Assembly (NCBI GenBank): GCA_963845565.1
Contig: CAWJSJ010000002.1
Span: forward strand, 1,184,001 to 1,248,000
Reading direction: 5' to 3'
From: an uncultured Methylomirabilota bacterium
GTDB taxonomy: Bacteria; Methylomirabilota; Methylomirabilia; Methylomirabilales; 2-02-FULL-66-22
DNA length: 64,000 nt
The notes under the pieces are model-generated. The model did no database searches. It was not told where the DNA came from and worked only from the letters and a program-made list of their open reading frames with translations. The position numbers and the translations under genes were made by a program. Positions 1 to 10,303 of this stretch are shown one piece after another (the stretch's first letter is position 1; the number at the start of each line of letters is the position of its first letter).

Positions 1-120
1 TAGCGGCGATCCGGGCAGGGGCGGGGTAGCGTTCCGCGACCGTCGCTATGCAGGGATGTAGCCTGTCGGCTTGTCCGAAACGCGGCCGGCGGTCCGGCAC
101 AAGCCGGGGGAGAGAAGCCC

Positions 121-465
121 ATGATGGACGCGCAGGGTGATGCCGAGATTCCCCTCGTGAGCAAGGACGAGGCCATCGCCGAAGTGCGGCGCTGGCTGGA
201 GGTAGAGAAGATCGACCCGGAGCGGATCTTCACCGCGATGGGCGACCAGGTCGTCCGATACAAGGATCTGGTCGCCCATCTGGAGCGAGAGACGCCGGAC
301 GGGCAACTGCTCCGCTTCGCCATCTCCCGGGGCCGCGTCATGGCGAGCGAGCGCCGCCAGGCGCAGCAGGCGTTATTCCAGATTGCTTCCGCGCCGACGA
401 AACCGAGCGGTGGTGGGACGGCGCCGTCCCCCGTGGACCCCGAGGACCCCACAACCCCGGCGTGA
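121..465 (+). CDS. hypothetical protein (114 aa)
   Basis: ORF with GGGGAG RBS, GC-rich third positions, protein-like composition. Confidence 0.7.
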   Translation: MMDAQGDAEIPLVSKDEAIAEVRRWLEVEKIDPERIFTAMGDQVVRYKDLVAHLERETPDGQLLRFAISRGRVMASERRQAQQALFQIASAPTKPSGGGTAPSPVDPEDPTTPA

Positions 466-497
466 GGGCCGGCGGCGTGGCGGGCGGGAGAACGGCC

Positions 498-1551
498 ATG
501 GCAACGACGCTGAAGGACGTGCTGGACCGGTTGACCGTGGAAGGGGAACTCTACGAACGGTTGCCCGACCACCGTGTCCGTTGCTACGCCTGCGGGCATC
601 GCTGTCTCATTCCCGAGGGGCGGGACGGCGTGTGCAAGGTCCGGTTCAATCGAGGCGGGACGCTCTTCGTGCCCAGCGGGTACGTGGCGACCGCGCTGCA
701 ACTCGATCCCGTCGAGAAGAAGCCGTTCTTCCACGCGCTGCCGGGCGCGGCGGCGCTGTCCTTCGGCATGCTGGGCTGCGACTACCATTGCGGCTACTGC
801 CAGAACTGGATCACCTCCCAGGTCCTCCGCGATGGGGACGCCCTGACCCGCCCCGGCCGCGTCTCGCCGGAGGAGATCGTACGCTGCGCGGTTGAGCAGA
901 ACGCCCCCATCATCACCAGCACCTACAACGAGCCGCTCATCACCAGCGAATGGGCGGTGGCGATCTTCAAACTGGCCAAGGCCAGGGGCCTCAAGACGGC
1001 GTACGTGAGCAACGGCAACGCCACGCCTGAAGTCGTGGCGTATCTCAAGCCGTGGCTGGATCTCTACAAAGTGGACCTCAAGGGATTCGACGATGCGCAC
1101 TATCGCAAGCTGGGAGGCACGCTGCAGACCGTCCTGGACACCATCCGGTTGCTCGTCGCGGAAGGATTCTGGGTCGAGGTGGTCACGTTGGTGGTGCCGG
1201 GTTGGAACGACACCGAGGAGGAACTCCGAGGGATCGCCCGGTTTCTGGCGGGCGTGAGCCCGGACATCCCGTGGCACGTGACCGCGTTCCATCCGGATTA
1301 CCGGATGGAGGATCGGGGGTGGACGCCGGCCGCGACGCTCACGCGCGCGGCCGCGATCGGGCGGTCCGAGGGGCTCCACTTCGTCTATGCGGGGAACGCG
1401 CCCGGACGGACCGGGTCGCTGGAGAGCACCTACTGCCCGACCTGCATGACCCTGCTGGTCGAACGGGTCGGGTTCCGGGTGCTCGCCAATCAGCTTGGTG
1501 GCCGGGGCTTGCCCCCGCTGCCACACCCGGATTCCGGGGGTCTGGTCTTAG
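498..1551 (+). CDS. amrS: AmmeMemoRadiSam system radical SAM enzyme (probable 1-bp frameshift near 1508)
   Basis: CDYHCGYC radical SAM motif, DPVEKKPFFH, YNEP, PWHVTAFHPDY; family C-terminus CPRCHTRIPGVWS* lies in another frame ending at TAG 1549-1551. Confidence 0.9.
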
Positions 1552-1704
1552 CAGGCTGCTGAAAAGGCCCATCTGCGGCGTTGGCTTGCTCGGGCGCTCG
1601 CTGCGGCGTACCAAAGTACGCCTCACTCGGCCCTACGCTCGCCGCCTTGCATCTGGACCGTTTTGAGCAGCCTGGGAGAAAGCGAGTTTTTCAGCCGCCT
1701 GCTA
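1549..1704 (+). mobile_element. palindromic MITE-like repeat, copy A (core 1552-1674 plus extra TIR tail)
   Basis: CAGGCTGCTGAAAAGG...CGTTTTGAGCAGCCTG, then tail TTTTTCAGCCGCCTGCTA; homologous to four other copies in the window. Confidence 0.85.
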
Positions 1705-1783
1705 AGGGGTTTTCGCGCCGCGGTTCGCGGAGCGGTGCGCCGTTGCGTGCGATGAGCGCGCCGGTGCGTTGCCCCGCACGCCG

Positions 1784-1999
1784 TCAAGGGGTCTGGTCTT
1801 CCGCGGGACCGGGTGTGGGTTCAGAGACCGGCGCATCGGGCAGGGGTACACCGGGGGGCGCCTCGCTCCAGTCGATCGGGGGGCCGCCGCCGCCGGGAGC
1901 CTTCTCGGCCCGCCGCTCCCGCTTTTCTTTCTGTCGCGCCTGGCGCGTCACTTCCTTCCGCCGTTTTTCGCTCTTGTGCTGCCGAGATTTCCCTGGCAC
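1784..1999 (-). CDS. small basic hypothetical protein (71 aa)
   Basis: AGGAGG RBS before GTG at 1999; Lys/Arg-rich helix KRRKEVTRQARQKEKRERR followed by GPPID. Confidence 0.6.
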   Translation of the reverse strand: MPGKSRQHKSEKRRKEVTRQARQKEKRERRAEKAPGGGGPPIDWSEAPPGVPLPDAPVSEPTPGPAEDQTP

Positions 2000-2195
2000 G
2001 TGCCCTCCTGGGGGGTGGAGCCTCGTCCGCGCCCGATCGTCATGATGCCGGTGCGGGGTTTGGGCCAAAGATTTCACAGTCAGTGTATCGCAAGGATTGC
2101 ACGAACACCACTGAAACCGGGTCGGTGCAGCGATGAACAGAGCCTCACTCACGGGTCCGTCACGACCGGGCGGTCCTGGTGCGGCCCCGTACTCG

Positions 2196-3377
2196 CTACC
2201 CCGCGCGCACCTCCCGGGGCCGCCCGCACAGACGACTCCCTGCGGCAGCGAGGGCGAGCCCGACGGCCAGGACCACGTAGAGGCTGAGCAGGTCGCCGTG
2301 GGCAAGAATGAAGGTCGCCGTGACGGGCCCCAGCGCCATGCCCGCGAACCGGGCCGTGTTGATGACGCCGATGGTGCTGCCCCGGCTGCGACCCGCCACC
2401 TCGGCGAGAACGAGCGGGAAGACCCCGGCCGCGCATCCGGTCTGGGCCATCCGGATCATGGTGAAGGTCGTGACATCCGTGCCGAGCGCCAACAGGAGCT
2501 GACAGGCCGAGGCGCCGCCGGCGGCGAGCAGGATCAGGCGACCGGCGGGATAGCGGCCGGCCAGCCGGCTCCAGCCGTACGATCCGGCGGCCGAAGCCAA
2601 CCCGTACGCAAACACGATGACGCCCGCGGTGACGAGGCGCTGGGGCTCTGGAGTCCCGAAATCCCGCAGAATCGCCGGCAGGATGCTGGGGAGAAAGACG
2701 ATGTGCATGGTGGCGACGAGGGAGACTCCCCAGGCCGCCAGGACCTGCCGCCGGGGCACCGCATCGCCGCCCAGCGTTCGCGGGCGGGGCGGAATGCGCG
2801 TAAGGGCGAAATGCGAGAAGAGATAGATGCCGAAAAGGATGACCCCCGAGGCAAGGAACGCCCCGCGGAACCCCAACAGCTCCGCGCCCGCCGCCCCCAG
2901 GGGCGGACCGAAGATCTGCCCCAACGTCAGGACCGATTGATACGTTCCCAGGCGGCGGGGCAACTGTTCTTCCGAGGAGACCGCCGAGACGATGATGAGT
3001 CCGATGGTAGAGATTCCACCCAGGAATCCCTGGACGATCCGAATGGCGAGCAGGAATCGCACGTCGGTGGTGAACGCCATCAACACAACCAGGATCGCGT
3101 GGGAGATCAGGCCGCGCTCGAAGAGGGCCTTGGGGCTGTAGCGGTCAGAGAGCCCACCCCAGAACGCCGAGCCGAAGGTGGCGGTCGCCGAGGCGGCGCC
3201 CAGGATGAGCCCGGTCCAGCGCAGCGTGGCCGCCTCATCCATGGGGCTGACCGAGCGGATGTAGAAGGGCAGGAACACGAACATGAAATTGAGCGCGAAC
3301 GCGATGGAAAACTGCGCTGTACTGACGGCCAGGAAATCCCGGCCCCCTTCGCGCGCGCCGGCAGTGTTGCTGAACAT
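2196..3377 (-). CDS. MFS transporter (DHA1/MdtG-like)
   Basis: about 12 hydrophobic segments, WGGLSDRYS motif, RIVQGFLGG, GQIFGPPLG. Confidence 0.85.
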   Translation of the reverse strand: MFSNTAGAREGGRDFLAVSTAQFSIAFALNFMFVFLPFYIRSVSPMDEAATLRWTGLILGAASATATFGSAFWGGLSDRYSPKALFERGLISHAILVVLMAFTTDVRFLLAIRIVQGFLGGISTIGLIIVSAVSSEEQLPRRLGTYQSVLTLGQIFGPPLGAAGAELLGFRGAFLASGVILFGIYLFSHFALTRIPPRPRTLGGDAVPRRQVLAAWGVSLVATMHIVFLPSILPAILRDFGTPEPQRLVTAGVIVFAYGLASAAGSYGWSRLAGRYPAGRLILLAAGGASACQLLLALGTDVTTFTMIRMAQTGCAAGVFPLVLAEVAGRSRGSTIGVINTARFAGMALGPVTATFILAHGDLLSLYVVLAVGLALAAAGSRLCGRPREVRAG

Positions 3378-3587
3378 GGGCGCTCTTATACCACTCCGGC
3401 GCCGGCATGTATAGAGGTGGCGCGGCCGGCGGGGCAGCCCGTCGTACCTTCTCCAGGTTCGACTTGACACGGCTCCGGGGTGTGGGCGATGCTCCGGCAA
3501 CCGCAACGATCCCAGAGCGGGCCCAGAGCGGGGCGTCTGACCCCGCCCTCCCCGACGCGCGCCCGGCATTGTCGAGAGGAGCTATCC

Positions 3588-5147
3588 ATGCCGCACCGAA
3601 CCATCGAGGAGTTGATCGTACAGCTGGAGGAGAAGCAGCGGACGGTCTTGGCGGCCGGCGGCCCGGATCGCGTGCAGAAGCAGCATGAGGCGGGCAAGCT
3701 CACGGCGCGCGAGCGGCTGGACCGGCTGTTCGATCCGGGCTCATTCGTCGAGCTGGATATGTTCGTCGAACACCGCTGCACGACCTTCGACATGGCCAAA
3801 ACGACGGCGCCAGGGGACGGCGTGGTCACGGGCTTCGGACAGGTCAACGGCCGACTGGCCTACGCCTTTGCGCAGGACTTCACCGTGATCGGCGGTTCGC
3901 TGGGCGAGATGCACGCGGCGAAGATCTGCAAGCTGCAGGACCTGGCCATGAAGATGGGGGCCCCCATCATCGGGATCAACGATTCGGGCGGCGCCCGCAT
4001 CCAGGAGGGGGTGGATTCCCTCTACGGATATGGCTCGATCTTTTACCGGAACACGCTGGCCTCCGGGGTGATCCCCCAGATTTCCGTCCTGGTGGGACCG
4101 AGCGCGGGCGGCGCGGTGTATTCTCCGGCTCTCACTGACTTCGTGTTCATGGCGAAGGGGGCCGCCAAGATGTTCATCACCGGGCCGGACGTGATCAAGG
4201 CCGCCATCGGCGAGGAGATCTCCGCCGAGGAGCTGGGCGGCGCCATGACGCACAACCAGCTGTCGGGCAACGCTCACTTTGCGTGCGACACGGAGGAGGA
4301 GCTGTTCGAGACGCTGCGCGACCTGCTCTCCTTCCTCCCGCAAAACAACGTGGAGGACCCGCCGCGGACGGACACCGGCGACGATCCCCAGCGGACGGAC
4401 GACGGGCTGATCCCGCTGGTGCCCACCATCCCCACCAAGCCCTACGACATGCGGGATCTCATCGGCAAGGTGGTGGACCGGGGGGACTTCCTCGAGGTGC
4501 ACCGGCATTTCGCGCAGAACATCGTGGTCGGCTTTGCGCGGTTGAACGGCCAGCCCATCGGGATCGTGGCCAACCAGCCCCGCATCATGGCGGGCTGCCT
4601 GGACATCAACGCCTCGGACAAGGCGGCCCGCTTCGTCCGGTTCTGCGACGCATTCAACATCCCCCTGCTGACCGTGGTGGACGTGCCCGGCTACCTGCCG
4701 GGCTCGGCGCAGGAGTTCGGCGGGATCATCCGGCACGGGGCCAAGATGCTGTTCGCCTACTCGGAAGCGACGGTTCCCAAGGTGACGCTCATCGTCCGGA
4801 AGTCCTACGGCGGGGCCTATCTGGCCATGTGCGCCCGGCACCTGGGAGCCGACGTGGTGATCGCCTGGCCGCAGGCGGAGATCGCGGTGATGGGCCCCGA
4901 GGGGGCGGCGAACATCATCTTCCGCAAGGAGATCAAGGACGCTCCGGACCCGGCCGCCAAGCGGCAAGAGAAGATCGACGAGTATCGCCAGAACTTCGCC
5001 AACCCGTACCAGGCGGCCAGCCGTGGGTACGTGGACATGGTGATCAATCCCAAGGACACCCGGCCGACGCTGGTGAGCGCCTTTGAAATGGCGGCCACCA
5101 AGCGGGAGCAGCGGCCGCGGAAGAAGCACGGAAACATCCCCCTCTGA
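3588..5147 (+). CDS. mmdA: acyl-CoA carboxyltransferase / methylmalonyl-CoA decarboxylase alpha subunit
   Basis: GKLTARER, DSGGARIQEG, DVPGYLPG, KKHGNIPL; operon with delta, gamma and beta subunits. Confidence 0.9.
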   Translation: MPHRTIEELIVQLEEKQRTVLAAGGPDRVQKQHEAGKLTARERLDRLFDPGSFVELDMFVEHRCTTFDMAKTTAPGDGVVTGFGQVNGRLAYAFAQDFTVIGGSLGEMHAAKICKLQDLAMKMGAPIIGINDSGGARIQEGVDSLYGYGSIFYRNTLASGVIPQISVLVGPSAGGAVYSPALTDFVFMAKGAAKMFITGPDVIKAAIGEEISAEELGGAMTHNQLSGNAHFACDTEEELFETLRDLLSFLPQNNVEDPPRTDTGDDPQRTDDGLIPLVPTIPTKPYDMRDLIGKVVDRGDFLEVHRHFAQNIVVGFARLNGQPIGIVANQPRIMAGCLDINASDKAARFVRFCDAFNIPLLTVVDVPGYLPGSAQEFGGIIRHGAKMLFAYSEATVPKVTLIVRKSYGGAYLAMCARHLGADVVIAWPQAEIAVMGPEGAANIIFRKEIKDAPDPAAKRQEKIDEYRQNFANPYQAASRGYVDMVINPKDTRPTLVSAFEMAATKREQRPRKKHGNIPL

Positions 5148-5168
5148 TTCGCCGACGTCTCCACGGAG

Positions 5169-5546
5169 GTGGCGAGCATGCTGCAAGGATTCTCGGGTGG
5201 GGTCATCCTCAGCGTCGTGAACCAGACGATCGTGTTCCTGGTCCTCGGTGGGCTGGCACTCGCAATCGTCCTTGTCCAGAAATTGGTCCACCGATTCGAG
5301 TCGCGGGCCGCCGGGCCGGCCATCCGATCGGCGCCCACCCCGCCGCGTGGGCCCGCCCCTCGCCCCCCGGAGCGGAAGCCGCCTGTCGCCGCGCTGGTGG
5401 CGGCGGTGCACGCGTTTGCCGGGGCCGCACCGGGGACGTTGCGGCTCGTGGGCGTGACGCGGGTGGGCGCGGGAAGTCCATGGAAGGCAGCGGGCCGGAC
5501 GGAGGGCCTGGGGATGAACGTTTCGAACGGAGAGCGACTGGAATGA
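5169..5546 (+). CDS. mmdD: Na+-translocating decarboxylase membrane anchor (OadG/MmdD family)
   Basis: single N-terminal TM (IVFLVLGGL), Pro/Ala linker, VAALVAAV, SPWKAAGR. Confidence 0.8.
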   Translation: MASMLQGFSGGVILSVVNQTIVFLVLGGLALAIVLVQKLVHRFESRAAGPAIRSAPTPPRGPAPRPPERKPPVAALVAAVHAFAGAAPGTLRLVGVTRVGAGSPWKAAGRTEGLGMNVSNGERLE

Positions 5547-5565
5547 TCCGCGCCAGGAGGAGTGT

Positions 5566-5961
5566 ATGAAGACGTATCGCGTGACGGTGGAGGGGCAGAC
5601 CTACGAAGTGACGGTCGAAGAGGTCACCGCAGCGCCCACGTCGAGCGGCGGGGCGCGACCGACCCCGGCCGCGTCGCGGACCCCCGCGCCTGCGCCGCAG
5701 GCAGGGCCGCGGCCGGGGATCCCGCCTGTGCTCACGCTGGCCGCGGGGGAGCGCCCCGTCCCGGCGCCCATGCCCGGCAAGATCCTGGCCGTGAATGTGG
5801 TCCCGGGGGACACGGTGGCTGCGGGCGCCGTGCTGCTCATCCTGGAAGCCATGAAGATGGAAAACGACATCCTTGCGCCAGGGGACGGCAAGGTCAAGGC
5901 CGTGAAGGTGCAGAACGGGGATACGGTCAACACCGGAGACCTCATGATCGTCCTCGAGTAG
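5566..5961 (+). CDS. mmdC: biotin carboxyl carrier (gamma) subunit
   Basis: EAMKMEN biotinylation motif, YRVTVEGQTYEVTVEE N-terminus, APMPGKI. Confidence 0.92.
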   Translation: MKTYRVTVEGQTYEVTVEEVTAAPTSSGGARPTPAASRTPAPAPQAGPRPGIPPVLTLAAGERPVPAPMPGKILAVNVVPGDTVAAGAVLLILEAMKMENDILAPGDGKVKAVKVQNGDTVNTGDLMIVLE

Positions 5962-5994
5962 GATGGTCCGGCGGTTTGCCAGGAGGCGTCGCGG

Positions 5995-7113
5995 ATGGAC
6001 GTGCTCGTAAAGACCCTGCAGATCTTCACCCAGAGCGGGTACGCAGCCATGACGTGGGGCAACATCCTCATGCTGCTGGTGGGCGGGACCTTGCTCTATC
6101 TCGCCATGGCGAAGGGGTTCGAGCCGCTGCTCCTGCTCCCGATCGCCTTCGGTTCGATCCTCGTCAACCTCCCGCTGTCCGGAATCATGGACGATCATGG
6201 GTTTCTTCGCATCCTCTATTTCGGCACCGAGCACGAGATGTTCCCGATCCTGATCTTCATGGGGGTGGGGGCCATGACGGATTTCGGGCCCCTGATCGCG
6301 AACCCCAGCACCATCCTGCTGGGAGCGGCGGCCCAGTTCGGCGTCTACGTGGCCATGCTCGGAGCGATCCTGCTGGGCTTTCCGATCACGGCGGCGTCCG
6401 CGATCGGGATCATCGGTGGGGCGGACGGGCCGACCTCGATCTACCTGGCCTCCAAGATGGCGCCGGAGTACCTCGGCGCGATTGCCGTCGCCTCGTATTC
6501 GTACATGTCGCTGGTGCCCTTGATTCAACCCCCGATCATCAAGCTGCTGACCAAGCCGGCGGATCGCCGGATCATCATGGGGCAAATGCGGCCGGTCTCC
6601 CGCGTCGAGAAGATCATCTTTCCCATCGCGACCACGCTGTTGGTGAGTCTCTTGCTTCCCCCGGTGACGGCCCTGCTCGGGGCGCTGATGTTCGGGAATC
6701 TGATGCGGGAGTCGCTGGTGGTGAATCGTCTGTCCGACACGGCGCAGAATGCGATGATCAACATCGTCACGATCTGCCTCGGCCTGACCGTCGGCGGGAC
6801 CATGGGGGCGGAGCAGTTTTTGCAGCCTACCACGCTCAAGATCATCTTCCTCGGCCTGGTGGCATTCGCCTTTGGAACGGCCGGGGGAGTCGTGCTGGGC
6901 AACATCATGTGTCGGCTGTCGGGAGGGAAGATCAATCCCATGATCGGCTCGGCCGGTGTGTCGGCGGTGCCCATGGCCGCCCGCGTGGTCCACGTCCTCG
7001 GGCAGAAGGAGAATCCGGCGAATTTCCTCCTGATGCACGCCATGGGGCCCAACGTGGCCGGGGTCATCGGCACCGCCGTCGCGGCCGGAGTGTTTCTGGC
7101 GCTGCTGCGGTAG
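5995..7113 (+). CDS. mmdB: Na+-translocating decarboxylase beta subunit
   Basis: [41 protein letters not shown]. Confidence 0.95.
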   Translation: MDVLVKTLQIFTQSGYAAMTWGNILMLLVGGTLLYLAMAKGFEPLLLLPIAFGSILVNLPLSGIMDDHGFLRILYFGTEHEMFPILIFMGVGAMTDFGPLIANPSTILLGAAAQFGVYVAMLGAILLGFPITAASAIGIIGGADGPTSIYLASKMAPEYLGAIAVASYSYMSLVPLIQPPIIKLLTKPADRRIIMGQMRPVSRVEKIIFPIATTLLVSLLLPPVTALLGALMFGNLMRESLVVNRLSDTAQNAMINIVTICLGLTVGGTMGAEQFLQPTTLKIIFLGLVAFAFGTAGGVVLGNIMCRLSGGKINPMIGSAGVSAVPMAARVVHVLGQKENPANFLLMHAMGPNVAGVIGTAVAAGVFLALLR

Positions 7114-7136
7114 TCATAGACGAGGGAGGGTGGACC

Positions 7137-7484
7137 ATGCCGTTTTTCCAGCTGCACGACATCCAAGAGGTTGAACTCTACAACGGCATTCGGATCCGCG
7201 CGGTCTACGGCGACAGCCTGTCCGTGTCTATTTTGGAGTTTCCCCCCTTCACGCGGATCCCGCCGCACCGGCACCCGAACGAGCAGATCGGGATCGTCGA
7301 GGAGGGGGAGATGGAGTACACCATCGGCGAACATACGATGGTCTGCCGCAAAGGCACGGCCTTCGTCATTCCGCCCAACACCACCCACTCGGCCACGGTG
7401 CTCTCGGATACACCGGCCCGCATCGTGGATGTCTTCACGCCGCCGCGCCGGATCACCGAGCAAGAGGGGTTGTGGCGGTCCTGA
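7137..7484 (+). CDS. cupin domain protein (KdgF-like)
   Basis: GGAGG RBS; HRHPNEQ...G...IPPNTTH...DVFTPPR. Confidence 0.85.
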   Translation: MPFFQLHDIQEVELYNGIRIRAVYGDSLSVSILEFPPFTRIPPHRHPNEQIGIVEEGEMEYTIGEHTMVCRKGTAFVIPPNTTHSATVLSDTPARIVDVFTPPRRITEQEGLWRS

Positions 7485-7554
7485 CCCGCGCCGCTGCGGC
7501 GAGAGGTCTGAGGCCCTCCGGCGGGCCGCCCCGTCCCTGGCGGGAGGGCAGCGG

Positions 7555-8709
7555 ATGGCCGGGATGGTTGCCGTGAGCCCCCTGCTACTTCTCTTCGCCT
7601 TGGCCTTCCTGGTTTCCGTGGACGCGCGCATCCTGGCTCCGGTCCTCCCGTCCATCGCGTCTTCGCTCCAATCGACGCCGGGCACCGTCGGTCTGGCAAT
7701 GACCAGCTACGCGCTCAGCTACGGAACCGGGCAACTCGCCTATGGGCCGCTCTCGGACCGGTTGGGGAGGATCGCCGTGGTACGCGCGGCCGGCCTCGGC
7801 TTCGTCTTCTGTAGCGTCCTGTCGGCCGTGGCGCAGACTCCTGCGCAATTCATCGCCTTTCGGCTCTTGGCGGGCGTTTTCGCCGGGGCGGTGATCCCCC
7901 TGACACTGGTGTACATCGGCGACACGGTGGAGTACGCGCGCCGCCAAACCATGATCGGTCGCTTCTCGGTCGTCTCCTCGTTGGCCCTGGCGCTGTCGGC
8001 GTCGATCGGAGGAGCGATTGCCCATTTCGTCTCCTGGCGGGTGATGCTCTCCGGGTATGGCCTGTTGGCGCTGCTCCCGGTCGGCCTGATGTGGAGACTC
8101 GGGCCGCAACGGCCGCCCACCCCGCCCGCGACCACCGCCCGTTTCGGCGACTTCCTCCGCGACGGCCGCGCCCAGATGGTGTATCTGGCGGTGTTCCTGG
8201 AGGGTGCGTTGATGTGGGGCGGCATGACGTATCTCGGCGCCTTCGGCGTCCAGCGGTACGGTCTGGATCAGTTCTCGGTCGGCCTGCTACTGGCCCTCTT
8301 TGGTGTGGGCATCATGCTGGGGGGCGCCCTCATGGCGTGGATCCGGCGGCGCTGGTCGGAGAACGGACTGGCCGCAGGCGGGGGCGGCCTCATGGCGGCG
8401 GCGTTCCTGCTCCTGGTGCCCCGGTGGGGTGTGGCGGTCTTCGCCGGGAGCCTGTTCGTGATGGGGGTGGGGTTCGTGTGCCTCCATACGACCCTCCAGT
8501 TGCGCGGCACGGAAATCAGTCCGGCCGCGCGCGGCAAGGCCTTCGCCCTCTTTGCCTTTAGTCTGTTCGTCGGGATCGCCGCCGGCACGGCGGCGCTCGG
8601 CCTGCTGGTCGATGCAGGTCGGTACGAGCTGTTGTTCGTTGTGGCCGGCCTCGGTTTGGTTGCCGTCGGGCTGGCCACGGCCGCCGCCGGTCGTCGCCAA
8701 CACGGCTGA
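7555..8709 (+). CDS. MFS transporter
   Basis: YGPLSDRLGR motif, about 12 TM segments. Confidence 0.85.
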   Translation: MAGMVAVSPLLLLFALAFLVSVDARILAPVLPSIASSLQSTPGTVGLAMTSYALSYGTGQLAYGPLSDRLGRIAVVRAAGLGFVFCSVLSAVAQTPAQFIAFRLLAGVFAGAVIPLTLVYIGDTVEYARRQTMIGRFSVVSSLALALSASIGGAIAHFVSWRVMLSGYGLLALLPVGLMWRLGPQRPPTPPATTARFGDFLRDGRAQMVYLAVFLEGALMWGGMTYLGAFGVQRYGLDQFSVGLLLALFGVGIMLGGALMAWIRRRWSENGLAAGGGGLMAAAFLLLVPRWGVAVFAGSLFVMGVGFVCLHTTLQLRGTEISPAARGKAFALFAFSLFVGIAAGTAALGLLVDAGRYELLFVVAGLGLVAVGLATAAAGRRQHG

Positions 8710-8789
8710 GTCCGCCCGCCGCACGCTTCGGTCTTGACATGCACCGCCACGCTGAGCCATCCTGCACACCGACTTTCACGGAGACGCGC

Positions 8790-9278
8790 ATGATCCCGCA
8801 GCACGTCGCCGCATGCCTCGCTGCCCATGGCCTGCAGGCCATCGAGTTTTCGCCCGGCACCACGGCCACGGCCGAGCTGGCCGCGCGGCAGCTCGGAGTC
8901 CAGGTGGGGCAGATCGCCAAGTCGCTGCTGTTCGTCGGAAAGGATGGGCGACGTGCCATGCTGCTCTGCCCCGGCGACCGCAAGGCGTCCTCTGCGAAGC
9001 TCAAGGCCGCGCTCGGGGTCAAGACCAGGATGACTCGGCCTGACGAGACGCTCGCCGCCACCGGATTCGAGCCGGGCGGGGTCTGCCCGTTCGGCATCGA
9101 TGGCAGCATCCTGGTCTTGGTGGACGCCGGGCTCCGTCAATACGCGACGATCTATCCCGCGGCGGGGACGAGCGCCTCGGGGGTCCCGATGACCTTCGAC
9201 CAGCTCATCGAGATCACGGGCGGGCGGCCAGGGGATTTCACGGTGGCCGGGGGGACGGGCGGGGAGATGGCAGGATGA
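8790..9278 (+). CDS. YbaK/EbsC aminoacyl-tRNA editing family protein
   Basis: QIAKSLLF, TGFEPGGVCPFG, PAAG. Confidence 0.9.
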   Translation: MIPQHVAACLAAHGLQAIEFSPGTTATAELAARQLGVQVGQIAKSLLFVGKDGRRAMLLCPGDRKASSAKLKAALGVKTRMTRPDETLAATGFEPGGVCPFGIDGSILVLVDAGLRQYATIYPAAGTSASGVPMTFDQLIEITGGRPGDFTVAGGTGGEMAG

Positions 9279-10303
9279 GTCTAATGATCGGCCTTGGGGA
9301 CAGACCGCTCACGGTGGCGGTGGCCGGCGCGGGATACATCAGCCAGTTCCACCTCGCCGGCTGGAAGGATCTGCCGCAGGTCGAGGTCGTCGCGGTCTGC
9401 GATTCCGTGATCGAAAAGGCTCGGGGCCGTGCGGAGCGGTTCGGCGTGCCGCGGGTGTATGCCGACTTCAGCGAGATGCTGGAGCGCGAGCGACCGGATG
9501 CCGTGGACATCGCGACGTCCGTGGCCACGCATGCACCACTCACCCGGATCGCCGCGGATCGCGGTGTTCATGTGATGGTCCAGAAGCCAATGACTCCCAC
9601 GGTGGGAGAGGGCGAGGCACTGGTCCGGGACGTGGACGGGCGGATCCGGGTCATGGTCCACGAGAACTTCCGGTTCCGGCCGCACTACGTGGCGGTCCAG
9701 GATTGGTTGGCGGCGGGTCGGATCGGGGAGATCCGGCACGCCCGCTTGACCGTACGCAGCTCGGGGTTCGCGCCCGTGGCCGGGGGAACGCCCCCGATCC
9801 TGGTGCGACAACCGTACCTCCAGGCGTTTCCCCGCCTCCTGATATTCGAGGCACTGATCCACCATCTGGACGTCTTGCGGTCGCTGTTGGGACCGTTGAC
9901 GGTGACATCGGCGACGTTGTCCAGGATCAATCCCACCCTGACCGGCGAAGACGTGGCGACGATTGAACTGCGCGGGCAGGCCGGCACGGTCGCGGTCCTG
10001 GACGGGAATTTCTCGGCGCCCGGCTATCCCGTCGTACCGGTGGACCGACTGGAGATCGTGGGCACGCACGCAACCTTGCTCTACGACGTCACCCGCCTGG
10101 GCCTGGTTGGGGTTTCTGAGCCCGCGCTCGCCTTCGACCCGGCCGGAACCTACCAGAAGTGCTTCACCGAGGCCATCCGGCACTTTGTGCGCGGCCTCCG
10201 CACCGGCGAGCCATTTGCCACCGAAGCCCGAGACAATCTGGAAGTTCTCCGTTTGGTGGAGGCCTGCTATGCGGCGGCGGGGCGTCCAGGGTTGAGCGCA
10301 TGA
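9275..10303 (+). CDS. Gfo/Idh/MocA family NAD(P)-dependent sugar oxidoreductase
   Basis: GAGYIS, QKP, VHENFRFRP, IHHLD. Confidence 0.9.
   Translation: MSLMIGLGDRPLTVAVAGAGYISQFHLAGWKDLPQVEVVAVCDSVIEKARGRAERFGVPRVYADFSEMLERERPDAVDIATSVATHAPLTRIAADRGVHVMVQKPMTPTVGEGEALVRDVDGRIRVMVHENFRFRPHYVAVQDWLAAGRIGEIRHARLTVRSSGFAPVAGGTPPILVRQPYLQAFPRLLIFEALIHHLDVLRSLLGPLTVTSATLSRINPTLTGEDVATIELRGQAGTVAVLDGNFSAPGYPVVPVDRLEIVGTHATLLYDVTRLGLVGVSEPALAFDPAGTYQKCFTEAIRHFVRGLRTGEPFATEARDNLEVLRLVEACYAAAGRPGLSA

Noticed and set aside
1500..1562. Novel C-terminus of AmrS ending LAGC supplied by the repeat
   Set aside because: The family ending CPRC...IPGVWS* is present in another frame, so a 1-bp indel explains it better.
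5562..7484. 640-aa ORF appearing to fuse a long N-terminus to the cupin
   Set aside because: It is a shadow frame over mmdC/mmdB; the cupin has its own RBS and ATG at 7137.
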